A stretch of 63,987 bases of DNA, the filler included, from Basidiobolus ranarum (lineage: Eukaryota): NCBI GenBank assembly GCA_040143965.1. It is 46 parts of 46 records of this genome, joined end to end, with 100 filler letters (N's around TTAATTAATTAA, not from the genome) between each part and the next. Parts side by side here need not be neighbours in the genome. Positions count along the whole stretch, not along the records: positions 36,287 to 37,578 come from JASJQH010012539.1; positions 37,679 to 38,970 come from JASJQH010012540.1; positions 39,071 to 40,362 come from JASJQH010012541.1; positions 40,463 to 41,754 come from JASJQH010012542.1; positions 41,855 to 43,146 come from JASJQH010012543.1; positions 43,247 to 44,537 come from JASJQH010012544.1; positions 44,638 to 45,928 come from JASJQH010012545.1; positions 46,029 to 47,319 come from JASJQH010012546.1; 38 more parts are not named here. One strand, given 5' to 3'. Numbering within the stretch: position 1 is the first letter of the stretch; every line of letters starts with the position of its first letter. The position numbers and the translations under genes were made by a program. The notes beneath the pieces are model-generated. The model ran no database searches. It worked only from the letters and a program-made list of their open reading frames with translations, and was not told the origin of the DNA. Shown here piece by piece: positions 36,287 through 48,810 of this stretch.

Positions 36287-37578
36287 TGGCTTCCAGACAT
36301 CATAGGGCCAGGCATTTCTGAGTAGGCTTCATGAAACTGCTGGCAAAGTTCCTTAGAAATGGAAAGATTTGTTGCTGGCTCCCATGATTGATCATTTGTT
36401 GAGTATCCCTTCCAGTCCACTAAATAGTGCAATTTATGTTGACAAATTCTGGAATCTAGAATTTTGCTAACATCATATTCAGGGTGTTCTTCAACTTGGA
36501 TTGCTGGAGGTAGGTCAATGGATCAGCCCTGGAAGGTGTTTCTGGCATTTGGCTCTAAGAGAGACACATGGAATACCTTATGGACTTTGAAATGGGCTGG
36601 GAGTTGTAGGTGGAAGGCTACTGAATTAATTTGCCTAATAACTTTAAAAGACCCAAGTCTTTTATGATCAAATTTATCACAAGGTCTAGTGGTTTTGATA
36701 TTTTCCAGAGTAGCTAAACATAATCTCCTGGCTTGAGATCTGGGCTTGGCTTTTGTTTCTTATCAGCAAAGTTCTTGTATTGGGATTGAGCATGCTCAAC
36801 TCAGATATTAATTGTTTATGGATGTTGTTAAGGAAAGTGGCATGGTCTGAGGGAGCAGGGCAAGGTAGATTTGATGGTGGGTGAATTGTGAAACAAGGAT
36901 AGAATCCACAATTTGCAAAGAAAGGAGTTTGCTTTGTTGAGGTATGATAAGAGTTGTTGTAAGCAAATTCAGCAGGAGGCAAGAGTTGTGTGTAATTATC
37001 CTGAATATAGTTGATAGTGCATCACAAATAGTGTTCCAAAACTTGATTTACTCTTTCTGATTGGCCATTCACTTGGGGATGGGAGGCAGTAGAGAGATTG
37101 GAAGAGATATCCAAGGTATGGAGGAGAGTTTCCAGAATTTGGAAGGAAACTGAGATCTTCGATCAGAGATGATAGTTTCAGGGAGTGCATGTAGGCGGAA
37201 GATGTTTTGAGTTACCAATTCTGCTGTATATTTTGCATCTATTAACTTGTTGCAGGGCACAAAGTGTGCCATCTTTGTTAGATGGTCAACAATTACCAGA
37301 AATGAATCATATTTGGCAGACAAGGGTAGATCAGTTATGAAGTTCAAGGATGTGGATTTCCACTGCCAATCAAGAATTGGAAGAGGCTGTAGGAGTCTGT
37401 AAGGCTGATGTCTTGGAGTCCTCACTCAAGCACAAGTTTCACAGGTGGAAACATAAGTCTTGACATATGCAAACATTTTGAGCCACCAATAATTGCTGGA
37501 TGCCAACAAATATGAATTGGCAACACCAAAATGTCATGCTGGTGGTAAGCCATGTCTTTCCTGCTTGATTTTGAGTCT
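36287..37578 (-). pseudogene. Gypsy integrase plus chromodomain (chromovirus)
   Basis: VIVDHLTKMAHF, AEFAYNNSYHTSTKQTPF and YLVDWKGYSTNDQSWEPATNL. Confidence 0.92.
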
Positions 37579-37678
37579 NNNNNNNNNNNNNNNNNNNNNN
37601 NNNNNNNNNNNNNNNNNNNNNNTTAATTAATTAANNNNNNNNNNNNNNNNNNNNNNNNNNNNNNNNNNNNNNNNNNNN

Positions 37679-38106
37679 GTAGTGGTTTCTGTCATGCTGT
37701 AAAGGTCAGAACATGGGGCTCATAACCTATTGGGAAAATATGGGCTGTTTGGAGGAACTTTGGAAAAGTGGAGTTGTGAATAGCTTTGTGAGATAATTGT
37801 TTAGTGTCCAGAAATAAAGCATTTATACTTTTTTGGTGGAAATACAGAAAACTAACACTGGGATTGTGTTTAGAACATCTGTGGGAGTAAAATGCGCTAT
37901 CTTTGGGGCAATTTAGGCAAGTTTGAAATTTCCAATATGAAATTGCTAATTCTCACATTATTCACATATATATATAATATATGTTCCGATTTTCAGCTAA
38001 GTGATATTTGACTAAGTAATGTCAACTAACTTATATGTGATATATGAAATAGTTAGGTGTATAAAGAAAAAGATAACAAATATGATAAAGACAATAAACT
38101 TCAACA
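37679..38106 (-). mobile_element. Copia family C 5' LTR (37728-38106) plus PBS (37715-37727), inserted in another copia integrase
   Basis: Reverse complement TGTTGAAGTTTATTG...CCCAATA-GGTTATGAGCCCC. Confidence 0.88.
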
Positions 38107-38970
38107 AAAACTCCTATTGAATTCTGGACTGGGAACAAGCCTAATCTGAATCATCTCAGAATTTTTGGATCAATAGTATATGCTCATATTCCTAAACCTC
38201 AGCATAGGAAATTGGACAAAAAGGCAATTAAATATATCCTATTAGGATATCAGAACAAAGGCTATTGTCTCCTAATTGCTGGCACAAATCAAATCATCAA
38301 CTCCAGAGATACTATATTCATTGAAGAAAATCTCAAATCTGTTAATCAAGTGAATTGGATATTGGCTGAAAATCAATTTTTCATTAACTCAAATTCTGAG
38401 TTAACAAGTTCTGAAACCAATCTTGAGCTAATGAGTACTGAAACCAACTTGGAAAATGATACATTGGAAATAGATACTGGAATTAGGCCAAATTTGGAAT
38501 ATGAAACTATCTATGAACATTATCCAAATTTAGAAAATATCACATCTGGGACAAGGTCTAAAACATCATTCACCAATGAATATATGACAAAGCTCAAATC
38601 ATTACCAATCCCTGTGGTGAATATTCTTAGCAGAAAGCCAACAAGCAATAATCTTGTCTCAAACTTCACTACAAGTACTGAAACCTAGGAGAACAAACTA
38701 TTATATGACATTTGGGAATTAAGCAGCAGCTACAAGTAGTGAAACATTAGGCAGCACTGGAAATGCACCAATTTATACCAGAAAACCTGATAATTACTCT
38801 AAGGATATGGATAATTTGAAATCAGCTCCTGGAAATCAGCATATTATCTCTGCCAATGAAAAATATGGCACTCAGAAAAAGGATATTTTTCCAGCCAATC
38901 AAGATTCAGGAAATTGGACTCAGAAACAAGGCAATAATTTTCTGACCAATCAAATATCTACAAAATATCC
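38107..38970 (+). pseudogene. Copia integrase C-terminus and linker
   Basis: TPIEFWTGNKPNLNHLRIFGS..KLDKKAIKYILLGY. Confidence 0.88.
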
Positions 38971-39070
38971 NNNNNNNNNNNNNNNNNNNNNNNNNNNNNN
39001 NNNNNNNNNNNNNNTTAATTAATTAANNNNNNNNNNNNNNNNNNNNNNNNNNNNNNNNNNNNNNNNNNNN

Positions 39071-40362
39071 AGGCATGTTTATTATGATCTAAGCATGTCC
39101 AATAGTCCTATTTCATAGTAAACTATAAATAGGACATATTCAATTCAATAAAACTTAAGTGTCTAATTCACAAATCCAAATCTTGTCCAAAACACTTCCA
39201 AATCCCCTAAACACTTTTATCACAAATCCCCCAAACACTCTTATCATTTTCAATGTGCCCATGGGTTTTCACATTGTTTGAGTACAATCACAACAACAAA
39301 ACCCAGACCATGGATTCAGAGTAAGCACCTTACAGATTCAGATTAACTTATTTGTTTGTTAATCTGCTGATATTTCTAGGAAAGCTGCAAAACAAACTTC
39401 TTGGCAAGTTAGATCAAAATATGCAGTATCATTGCTTTAGCCATGGTGTTATCTATTCAAGCTATGACTTGTATATTTGTGGCAGGACATTTGTGGACTG
39501 CAAGTTGGGGATATTTTGGCCAACTTCTAAATGGAAATTTGCCAAAATACAAGCGCTTGTTCTCATTGTCAACAGCAACAAGAGTCAGCTATTTGTCCAT
39601 TGTCAGTGCTATTCAAAATTTCAGATGTCTAGCAATTTTTCCACAATTAGATTGCAGGTAAAGCATGTGGATGTTGTTCAGTTATGTCTGTTCAGACAAG
39701 TATATGAATATTTAGAGACTGAACACAACAAGATTTTTATACTCTTTGATTCTCATTATGGTTGGAAAACAAAGCCTAATATATTTAAAAAGATGCATGC
39801 ATATGAATTGAAACTTATATAGCAGTAAGCCTAGAATTTGTTGAAATACAATAAATAGCAACTTGTTATTTGGTAGTTAGTTTGTTCATATTTGGTTTGT
39901 CTAGCTCTTAATTTTGCCATTCGAAAATGTGTGTTTATTGCTCTCATTGATAGAAATATCCATTAGATCACTTTTACCAATTTTCACTATTTTCTTAAAA
40001 CTTCTCCAAATCATCTCAAATTTTCACCCAAGCTTAACAGGAATGTTTGTGATGAACTAAGCACATCCTGTAGTTCTATTTCATAGTCAACTCTAAGTAC
40101 AACTTAGTCAATTCAATATAGCTTAAGTGTTTAATACCCATATCCAAATCTTGTCCAATACACTTCCAAATCCCCTGAATACTTTTACCAGGTTATGAGC
40201 CCCAAGCTAGCTGTTAAAGGAATGTCTATCAGTACTATTATTAATATTTGAAATCCACAGCAAATTTTGATGGGGAACACTTGCACCTTTTGGAATGCAA
40301 AATGCAAATAGTGCTAGACAACAAGGACCTCTGGGGATTGGTTACAGGAGAAGACATAGAGC
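39071..40362 (+). mobile_element. LTR D end (to 39222, with duplicate end to 39246), diverged CMC transposase (39247-39838), LTR D (39839-40190), PBS (40191-40203), gag start
   Basis: Matches to 21233 and 54371; ORF 39352-39822 is homologous to 576-1016. Confidence 0.85.
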
Positions 40363-40462
40363 NNNNNNNNNNNNNNNNNNNNNNNNNNNNNNNNNNNNNN
40401 NNNNNNTTAATTAATTAANNNNNNNNNNNNNNNNNNNNNNNNNNNNNNNNNNNNNNNNNNNN

Positions 40463-41143
40463 AGAGAAGAAACGGGACAATCTAGCTCTTGGGGTGTGAA
40501 TTTGCTTATCAGCATTGCAAAGCCATTGCAACACAGATATACTAGTAAATCAATTCAGTATACAATCATAATACATTCATGTATAAAAATAACTAACCTC
40601 ATGGCTCCATCAAAAGTACCGGGTCTAAAACCCATGCCCTCACCGGCCTCTTGAAGGAATAAATCCCCTTCAACCTCACGCTCTAATGCAATATCTACAA
40701 CAGTCGATAAATCTCGTAAGTAAACATATCCACTATGTTCTGTAGCTAAAGTATTTACCAAGCATAGCTGGAGCAATATCAAAGCCTATCCAAACGTGAC
40801 CTTCTTCATCTAAAATCTCACCACTAAGACCTGAACCGCAACCGATATCTAGTAAGAAACAAGATTGATCTTCAGGAAGGTTCAAAAGCTCGAGGGCACG
40901 AAAGGCCATCTCAGCTTGAATGGCCGCGATACGAGTACTGTGAAATAAAGAAAGCCAATTGAATTTCTTTCCATATTAAAAACAAACTGAGCTCATGTAA
41001 ACATACTTGGAAGTATACTTCGAAGCTTCGGTTTCGTTGTAAACCTATGAAAGCGGTACTTAAAAAAACGATAGCATAAAATATATCCATAGTCCTTATT
41101 CACTTACGAATTCCGGAGGACCTTGGTGTTCAGGACGAGACAT
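40463..41143 (-). CDS. BUD23: 18S rRNA guanine-N7 methyltransferase Bud23, 5' part (exons 41143-41108, 41044-41007, 40937-40759, 40694-40598, 40541-edge)
   Basis: [79 protein letters not shown]; four GT-AG introns of 63, 69, 64 and 56 nt. Confidence 0.95.
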
Positions 41144-41438
41144 GATTTAAAGGGTACCGACAATACGTGCTTCGCCGATACTCTAGTAAACTACTAATAT
41201 GACTAGGATTTGGGGGAGGAGGAATCCTCAGAAAAAAAAAGTAAAAAAAAGGATGCTGAATATCGAAAATAGATTTTAGTTGAGATAAATTAAATATATT
41301 TAGCCAGTACATTTGCATAGATATTTGCTAATAAAATCGTGGTTTTATTATATAAAGCTATAGAATACTAAGAGTCTACATAAAACATATAAACATTTCA
41401 CGTAAGTATAAAAGGGAAAGAGAACTTGATATCTTGAA

Positions 41439-41754
41439 TTAGATGAGGCTATCGAAATCGTCTTTGTTGAGTGGAGTAAAGCTCTTATTGGTGCTATTGC
41501 TGTTGCCCCATATAGGCGCATTTGTGGCAGCGAGAGTGTTCATAGAGGGGCCATTACTACGTTTAGGCTGATCTTTCTGCCCCAAGTTATCAAGAGACAC
41601 AAGGCTTCCATGCTTACCCCAGATGTCATCAACTTTCATACCAGAGAATTGGTTGGTAAGATTGTCCTATAGGTATCGTGCTAGATAATGCCTTGACGAA
41701 AACGACAATATCAAGCTATTTAAGCGTACCTTTTTGGGTTGTGGTGAAGACTGA
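41439..41754 (-). CDS. 3' end of a probable epsinR/Ent3-like clathrin adaptor
   Basis: QSSPQPKK, intron 41729-41667, DNLTNQF..DIW..LVSLDNL..PSMNTL..DDFDSLI*. Confidence 0.55.
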
Positions 41755-41854
41755 NNNNNNNNNNNNNNNNNNNNNNNNNNNNNNNNNNNNNNNNNNNNTT
41801 AATTAATTAANNNNNNNNNNNNNNNNNNNNNNNNNNNNNNNNNNNNNNNNNNNN

Positions 41855-42334
41855 CATATATGAAATAGTTAGGTGTTAAAGATAGAGAAAACAAATATGA
41901 TAAAGACAATAAACTTCAACACTCCCACTCAACTAAATATTCATATATCTTAATCCCAACTTAAATCTTAATTCTTCAAATTTTGGATTGGGTATGGTTT
42001 GGTCAGGATGTCAGCAAGCATGTCCTCTCTTGGACAGTACTCTAGTTGGATATGCTTACTCTCAATAGCTTCCCTACCAAAGTGATGTTCAATGTCAATG
42101 TGCTTACTCTGGCATGAAATTTGGGACTTTTAGCTAAAGAAATACAACTTTATTATCCTTGAAAATTTTAGTGCATGAACTTTGTGAAATGCCCAAGTCT
42201 TAGAACAGTTCCTTAACAACATAGCCTCCTTTATTGTATGTGAAGCTGTCATGTACTCTGCTTCAGTTGTTGAAAGTGCCATGATGGGTTGTTTCTTGCT
42301 ATACTGATATATGGCTGCTTCACTATGAAGAAAG
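41855..42334 (-). mobile_element. Copia family C RNase H, PPT and 3' LTR start
   Basis: ALSTTEAEYM, KHIDIEHHF, AGTTGAGTGGGAG then TGTTGAAG. Confidence 0.85.
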
Positions 42335-43146
42335 CCCTAACAAAAATGCACTTCCTTAAGGATATCCATAAACGGTTAATATCTGAGTTGGAGCATGCTC
42401 AATCCCAATACAAGAACTTTGCTGATAAGAAAAGAAAGCCAAGCCCAGATCTCAAGCCAGCAGATTATGTTTGGCTACTCCAGAAAAATATCAAAACCAC
42501 TAGATCTAATAAGGGAAGGTGTTGGATAATTAATCTTTATTCAACATCATAGTTAAATTTAGCTATGATACATATATCAGAAACAGAAAGCAATTTATCT
42601 ATAGCCCCTATATTCTATATAGGAATATCTCTATATCTATATAAGCAGTATGTCTTATTACCCCCACTTATCTATTATAATTTATTACACAAACTCCTGA
42701 ATATCTCTAACAGGTAATTTACTTTTCTACTATGTAAGTCACCATATACTCTTAAGAATAAAGTAACTAAAGCACACTATCATAAGTTGCTTCTAATACC
42801 CAAAGTCTACCCCTATTATGTCAAGATCCTCCTGTTTAAATTAGCATTGCCTAAACACCAGTATAGTCATATATAACTTAGTGATTAGTTATCTTATAAC
42901 TCACTAAGCTCCCTAACAAAAATAAAATCAATTTGATCCGGATCAGATCCACCCTCCAAAATAGCAAAACCATCAGAGAACCGTCACAATATTGTTGGCT
43001 TGCATTCAGCCAGGGATTTTGATGGTGTCACGGCAGTTTCTTGATGGTATCTTGGCGGTATTCATACATGTTAAAATATTGATCCTCAAATTTGGCATGC
43101 GTTATTCAATATCTAGCAATTTTTGCAAAAATATAATTTTTGAATG
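42335..43146. mobile_element. 13-bp CMC TIR remnant, gypsy sliver, PPT plus LTR A (42520-42832), LTR B (42833-42910), CMC terminus B (42911 onward)
   Basis: CCCTAACAAAAAT at 42335 and 42911; AAGGGAAGG followed by TGTTGGA. Confidence 0.85.
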
Positions 43147-43246
43147 NNNNNNNNNNNNNNNNNNNNNNNNNNNNNNNNNNNNNNNNNNNNTTAATTAATT
43201 AANNNNNNNNNNNNNNNNNNNNNNNNNNNNNNNNNNNNNNNNNNNN

Positions 43247-44537
43247 GCTCGTCTTGGCTTCTTTGCTATATTAAGTGCCATTATTGTTGTGTAGGTATTT
43301 GGTTTTTCTTCCTGTTATGGTTGTGACCATTGCTTCATACATCTTGAAAAATTGAAACACTTCTCCTTTGCTTGTCAGAAGATACAAAACTGTGAAGTTA
43401 GATTTATCAGCAATAAAGATGAATAAATATCATTGCTTACTTGGTGTCAAAGTTTGTATTGGGCCACATAAGTCTGCATGAATAAGACCAATAAATATTT
43501 GGCTTTGCTAGCTCCTTCTTTTGGAAGTGGTTTTTTAGGGATTTTCCCTTGAATACAGCTTTCACGTGGAGCCAAACTTGGCAACTTGAGCAAAGGTTTT
43601 GTTCAAATCATCTCATGGAGTCTGGGAATAACCTTTTGCAACCCCTGCTGCTTTGTATCTTTCCATGGTTCCATCAGGTTTATTTTGACCTTGTAGATCT
43701 ATTTGCAACTTGTTGGCCTTCTACCTGATAGTTGAAGACTTAAAACCTATGTAGTATTGTCCTGAAGTGAAGACAACTCATCACACATTGCTTTTTCCAT
43801 AATTTTGATTTTGGATACTCCAGAGATTGTTTCACTGGGGGCATGATCTTTGGAGTCCTGATTTATCCTCAGAAGTGGTTGGGACTGGAATTTTGTTTGA
43901 ATAAGGCTCAGATACATTTGTAACTTTGTCAGACACATCCTGAATAGAGCTGATTGGGTATTCTGGATCAAGAACTGTGATTTGAGGTGAAAAATTTGCC
44001 TTTTCACCAATGATCATATCTTCATACTTATTAAGTTATGATCTTTGGTATCAAATAGTCTGTAGGACTTAGATCCATCACAGTAACCAAGAAATATGTA
44101 CTTTCAGCTTTTGGGTTCCAATTTAGAACATTTTGAGCTGGAATTAGGCAATACGCTGTGCAACCAAAGATCTTGAGATAATCAACACATGGTTTTGATC
44201 CATACAGGGCTTCAATTGGAGTAGAATTCTCTAGCAATCTTGTTGGGCATCTGTTTGCCATATAGACTGCAGTGGAGACAGATTCAGCCCATGATTGGTA
44301 ATTTAACTATTGATCATGTAACATTGATTTTGCCATCTCTGCTATGGCTTTATTAGCATGTTCTGCAACTCCATTTTAGTGCTGAGTATAAGGTACAGTA
44401 GTTTGTTGCTTAATTCCTTGTTTAGCATAAAAACTGATAAAAGTGTTTAGGGGATTTGGAAGTGTTTTGGACAAGATTTGGATTTGTGAATTAGACACTT
44501 AAGTTTTGTTGAATTGAATATGTCCTATTTATAGTTT
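43247..44537 (-). pseudogene. Copia integrase/RT fragments plus LTR D end (44435-44537)
   Basis: LIHADLCGP; NRCPTRLLENSTPIEALYGSKP. Confidence 0.85.
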
Positions 44538-44637
44538 NNNNNNNNNNNNNNNNNNNNNNNNNNNNNNNNNNNNNNNNNNNNTTAATTAATTAANNNNNNN
44601 NNNNNNNNNNNNNNNNNNNNNNNNNNNNNNNNNNNNN

Positions 44638-45928
44638 CTCCAATATGCTATCTATAAGTACTGGTGATTTAGGTCCAGATAGGATGGATAGTATCACAAT
44701 ATTATGACTCTGACACCATTCAGAAGGAGGAAGATTTAAGTTAATTAATTATTTCCAGTAAGCCTTTCTGATGGTATATTTGTTTAGTGAGAAACCATTC
44801 AGAGCCAATGCAAAAGCAAGATTATTCATGTTCTTAAAGAAACCTTGACTTTTCAGATTCTGGTAGTGATATTCATCATGTATATTGTTAATACCATAAG
44901 CTTTACAGTGAGTGCTTTGGTATTGGATCAATGATCTACATTTGAGTGATTTGATCATAACTTTAAGATAGGGAATCAATGATATGTAAGCCAAATATGA
45001 GCTTTATTTACCTGATTCAGTGATTGCCAATTGTGTGCAAACAGTACATGACTTCAGGTTTTTCAGATCACCAGTGCCAGCCAAACAACCATTTGGATAT
45101 GTAGATAGTTTAAGTAATGAAGGATTTTAAGTAATACAATTGACTAGTGTTTTTACACTTGAAGCAGGTCTGTGGCAAGCAATAGTTGCAAATTAACTGT
45201 GGTATAAGTGTAAGAAAACTAATAAACACCTGGCTGTCAAGATTGGATTGAACTTGCTGCTCCTCAATAACCAAAGCTGCTTCCTTTACTGTAAGTATTA
45301 TGAGTGGACTAATGCTTGCCAATAATAAAGAGTCCATAACAAAACAATTGTCTCCTTCTTCAACTTCTGATATTCAACAATTGGTGTTGGAAACACTGAG
45401 GTCAAAATCTGGCAGCATGTCCTCAAAGTGGTCTGGACTTACTGTTTTGACCAAAGTTGTATTTCCACCTACATCATTCTGGTCATATAACTGTGGTAAC
45501 TCCACAGTATCTTGACTTTAGGCAGTGTTACCAAAACTTTGAGGCTAAGCACAGCCAGTGGACTCAGTGGGCAAAATGAAAGTCAATTTTTGTGCCCTTA
45601 TTACTGTTAATATGCATCTGGCTTTGTGCAGCTGATGGCTTTGTAGAGTGACCGTGCTTGTATTTATTTTTTTATGAAGCCTCTGGCTTGATAGCGCAAG
45701 AATTGGTGACAACATTAGCAAGGCTTCTTTAAACATTTGTGTTGCAGTATAAGAAGGATATTGTAGAAAATTGAACACCTCTTACACAAGGGCGGTATTT
45801 TAGGTATAGCCAATCAATATCAACAGCTGATTCTGAGATAGTGACACAGATGAGTCATCAGGGGACTTACAAGATATTTCTGGTAATGGATGGCAATTTT
45901 GGTTTATTATAAGCTGTTTCTAAGCAAT
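44638..45928 (-). pseudogene. CMC transposase N-terminal half plus promoter region
   Basis: Homologous to 4290-5325 and 3370-3690; links the N-terminus to the core. Confidence 0.85.
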
Positions 45929-46028
45929 NNNNNNNNNNNNNNNNNNNNNNNNNNNNNNNNNNNNNNNNNNNNTTAATTAATTAANNNNNNNNNNNNNNNN
46001 NNNNNNNNNNNNNNNNNNNNNNNNNNNN

Positions 46029-47319
46029 AATTACTGAAGGATTATAAGTCATATGATTGACAAGTGTTTTCCACTTGTACCAGGTCTGTGGCAAGCAACA
46101 GTTGCCAATCAACTGTGGAAAAGTGTAAGAAAACCAATAAACACCTGGTTGCTAAGATTGCATTGAACTCTCCACTCCTCAATAATCAAAGCTGCTTCCT
46201 TTACTCTAAGTGTTATGAGTGGACTAATGCTTACTGATAACAAGGAGTCCATAACAAAACCATTGTCTTCTTCTTCAACTTCTAATATACTACCATTGGT
46301 ACTGGAATAATTAAGGTCAACATCTAGCAGCAAGTCCTCAAATTTGTCTGGACTTACTGGTTTGACCAAAGTTGCATTTTGACCAACATCATTCTGGTCA
46401 TATAACTGTGGTAACTCCAAGGTATCTTGACTTTTGGCATTGTTACCAAGACTTTGAGGCAAACTACAGTCAGTGGACTCTATAGGCAAAACCAAAGTTG
46501 ATATAGTGCACTTATTATGGTTGTTATACACCAGGCTTTGAGGAGCTGGTAGCTTTTTACATTGACCATGCTTGTGATTATTTTTTGATGAAGCCTCTGG
46601 CTTTCATAGCACAAGAATTTGCAACAATAATAGCAGGGCTTCTTTAAATGCTTGTGTTGTGGCCTGAGAAGAATATTGTAGAAAAAAGAACTCCTCCCAC
46701 GTAAGGGTGGTATTTTACATATAGCCCATCAATATCATCAGCTGATTCTGAGACAGTGTCACAGATGAGTCATCAGGGGATTTACAAGATATTTCCGGTA
46801 ATGGATGGCAACTTTGGTTTTTATTAGCTGTTTCTAAGCAATTACATTACTCCAAGTTTACCATCTGAAAATTTCAATGCCATTCAAAAAGCATTCAAAA
46901 TCTAAGTCAAAATTGGCTTCCAAGCCAAAGCCTGCTGGCAACAAAGGAAAAAAACCAGCAAGAACAGAGGACTTAATTGATGAGCAGTCTAGCAATCCAC
47001 TATTCACTTTGGAATGCATTAACATGCCAGAAACTAACTCAAGTAATGATGAAGCATTAATCAATTTACCAGATGTGTTCCTTTCCAGCAAAAGTGCAAA
47101 TGAAGAGATTGCAATTGCCCAATTATGTAGTAAATCAATAGTTGAGCAAAGTTCAACCAAAACACCATCAAGACCTTCAACTTCCCACTTGGCTACTTTG
47201 CCTACTATTGAACAACCCTCCATAGAAAATTTGGATAGAATTATTACAATAAGGGAATTGCAGGCAGAACACCTTAATGAGTCATATGCAATCATAAGTC
47301 AAAACTATGAAGTTGCTAT
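46029..47319. mobile_element. CMC centre: transposase start (minus, ~46665), 211-bp intergenic region, ORF2 start (plus, 46877)
   Basis: One contig holds both 5' ends head-to-head; ORF2 begins MPFKKHSKSKSKLASKPKPAGNKGKKP. Confidence 0.88.
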
Positions 47320-47419
47320 NNNNNNNNNNNNNNNNNNNNNNNNNNNNNNNNNNNNNNNNNNNNTTAATTAATTAANNNNNNNNNNNNNNNNNNNNNNNNN
47401 NNNNNNNNNNNNNNNNNNN

Positions 47420-47840
47420 GTATCAGTTATACGCATGCCAAAAATAAATATGTTTTTAAAAAGAGACTCACATTTGTAGTGCACATTGAGGGATGAGTGG
47501 TCTTTGTAACTCCTATAAAATCATAGGGGAAAAATAATGACATGGTATCAGTTATATGCATGCCAAAAGTAAATATGTTTTTGAAACAAGGCTTACATTT
47601 GTGGTGCACCTCAAGGGATGAGCGGTCTTTGTGACTCCTGTAAAGTCAGAGATACAATATAATGATGTGGTAACAGTTATATACACTATGGAAGTAAACA
47701 AGTTTTTAGAAAGAGGCTAATGTTTGTAGTACATGTTGACAGTCTACCACTAACATAGCCCCTATAAAATCAGGGGCAATGCATAAAGGCATGTTTCCAG
47801 TACTATGCAGCTGAAAAGTTAGTATGTTTTTGAAATTATA
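47420..47840. repeat. Tandem repeat, ~125-bp unit, 3-4 diverging copies
   Basis: Units begin at 47420, 47545, 47670 and ~47794 (GTATCAGTTATA..TATGTTTTT). Confidence 0.85.
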
Positions 47841-48810
47841 TAGGGTTCTGTAGTGTGCATTGCTTTTATTTATATTATTTGAAATACCATAGTTAGAAAT
47901 ACATTGCACTTTATACAACTTTTTAAATTTGTAGCACCTTTGTGCTGCACAGGTTACATAGCCCAAAAGTTTATTTTAATGACTATTTTGTTGTTTTGTA
48001 TATAGATAAACATGTATGGAGCTTAGTGCTAGTGATATGTCATTATTTGTAAAACATGAGCAGAAAGCTTTTATCAACACTTAAAATATTTCTAGATTTG
48101 TAATATAATTATGATCTATCCAATATTCTCTTTCTTCTTTATTTAATTTTGTAGACCTCACAAAGTTCTTACAAATATTACTAATTTATAATGTTAATCA
48201 AGTTTCCTCATTACTCTCAATAGTATACAAAGGATATTCTCAATAAGTAATTTATGAATTATTAAGCCAAAAAGTAGCCAGTTTACTTGTGGTAAAATTA
48301 TAATACTTAAAAGCTTTCAGAGTCTGAAAGAAAACATCTACACTTTGATTTCCCAGAGACTTGCATATTTACACAAATTAAAAAAATATTCAATATCTGA
48401 GAAATTTCTCTAAATTCATTGAAATTATGAAAGCAAGAATAGGCTGTGTTATAATGTTGGAAACAGTGTCTCTTCCTCAGAGATGTCAAAGGTCAGAGAT
48501 CTGACCTGTGGCAAATTTGGGCAAACCCAATTCTTCCCATAAACTAGTGACTTAAGTATATTGTGAGAAGGGTGTACATGGGGGATTGCAGCCCCATACC
48601 CCCTGCTTTCTTTTTATACTGGGAGGACTGTGTCCCCCAGACCCCCTCTTTTCATCCTTACCCTCCCTTACCCTTACCAGAACATGTATACCCAATATGC
48701 TTGGCTAGAANNNNNNNNNNNNNNNNNNNNNNNNNNNNNNNNNNNNNNNNNNNNTTAATTAATTAANNNNNNNNNNNNNNNNNNNNNNNNNNNNNNNNNN
48801 NNNNNNNNNN

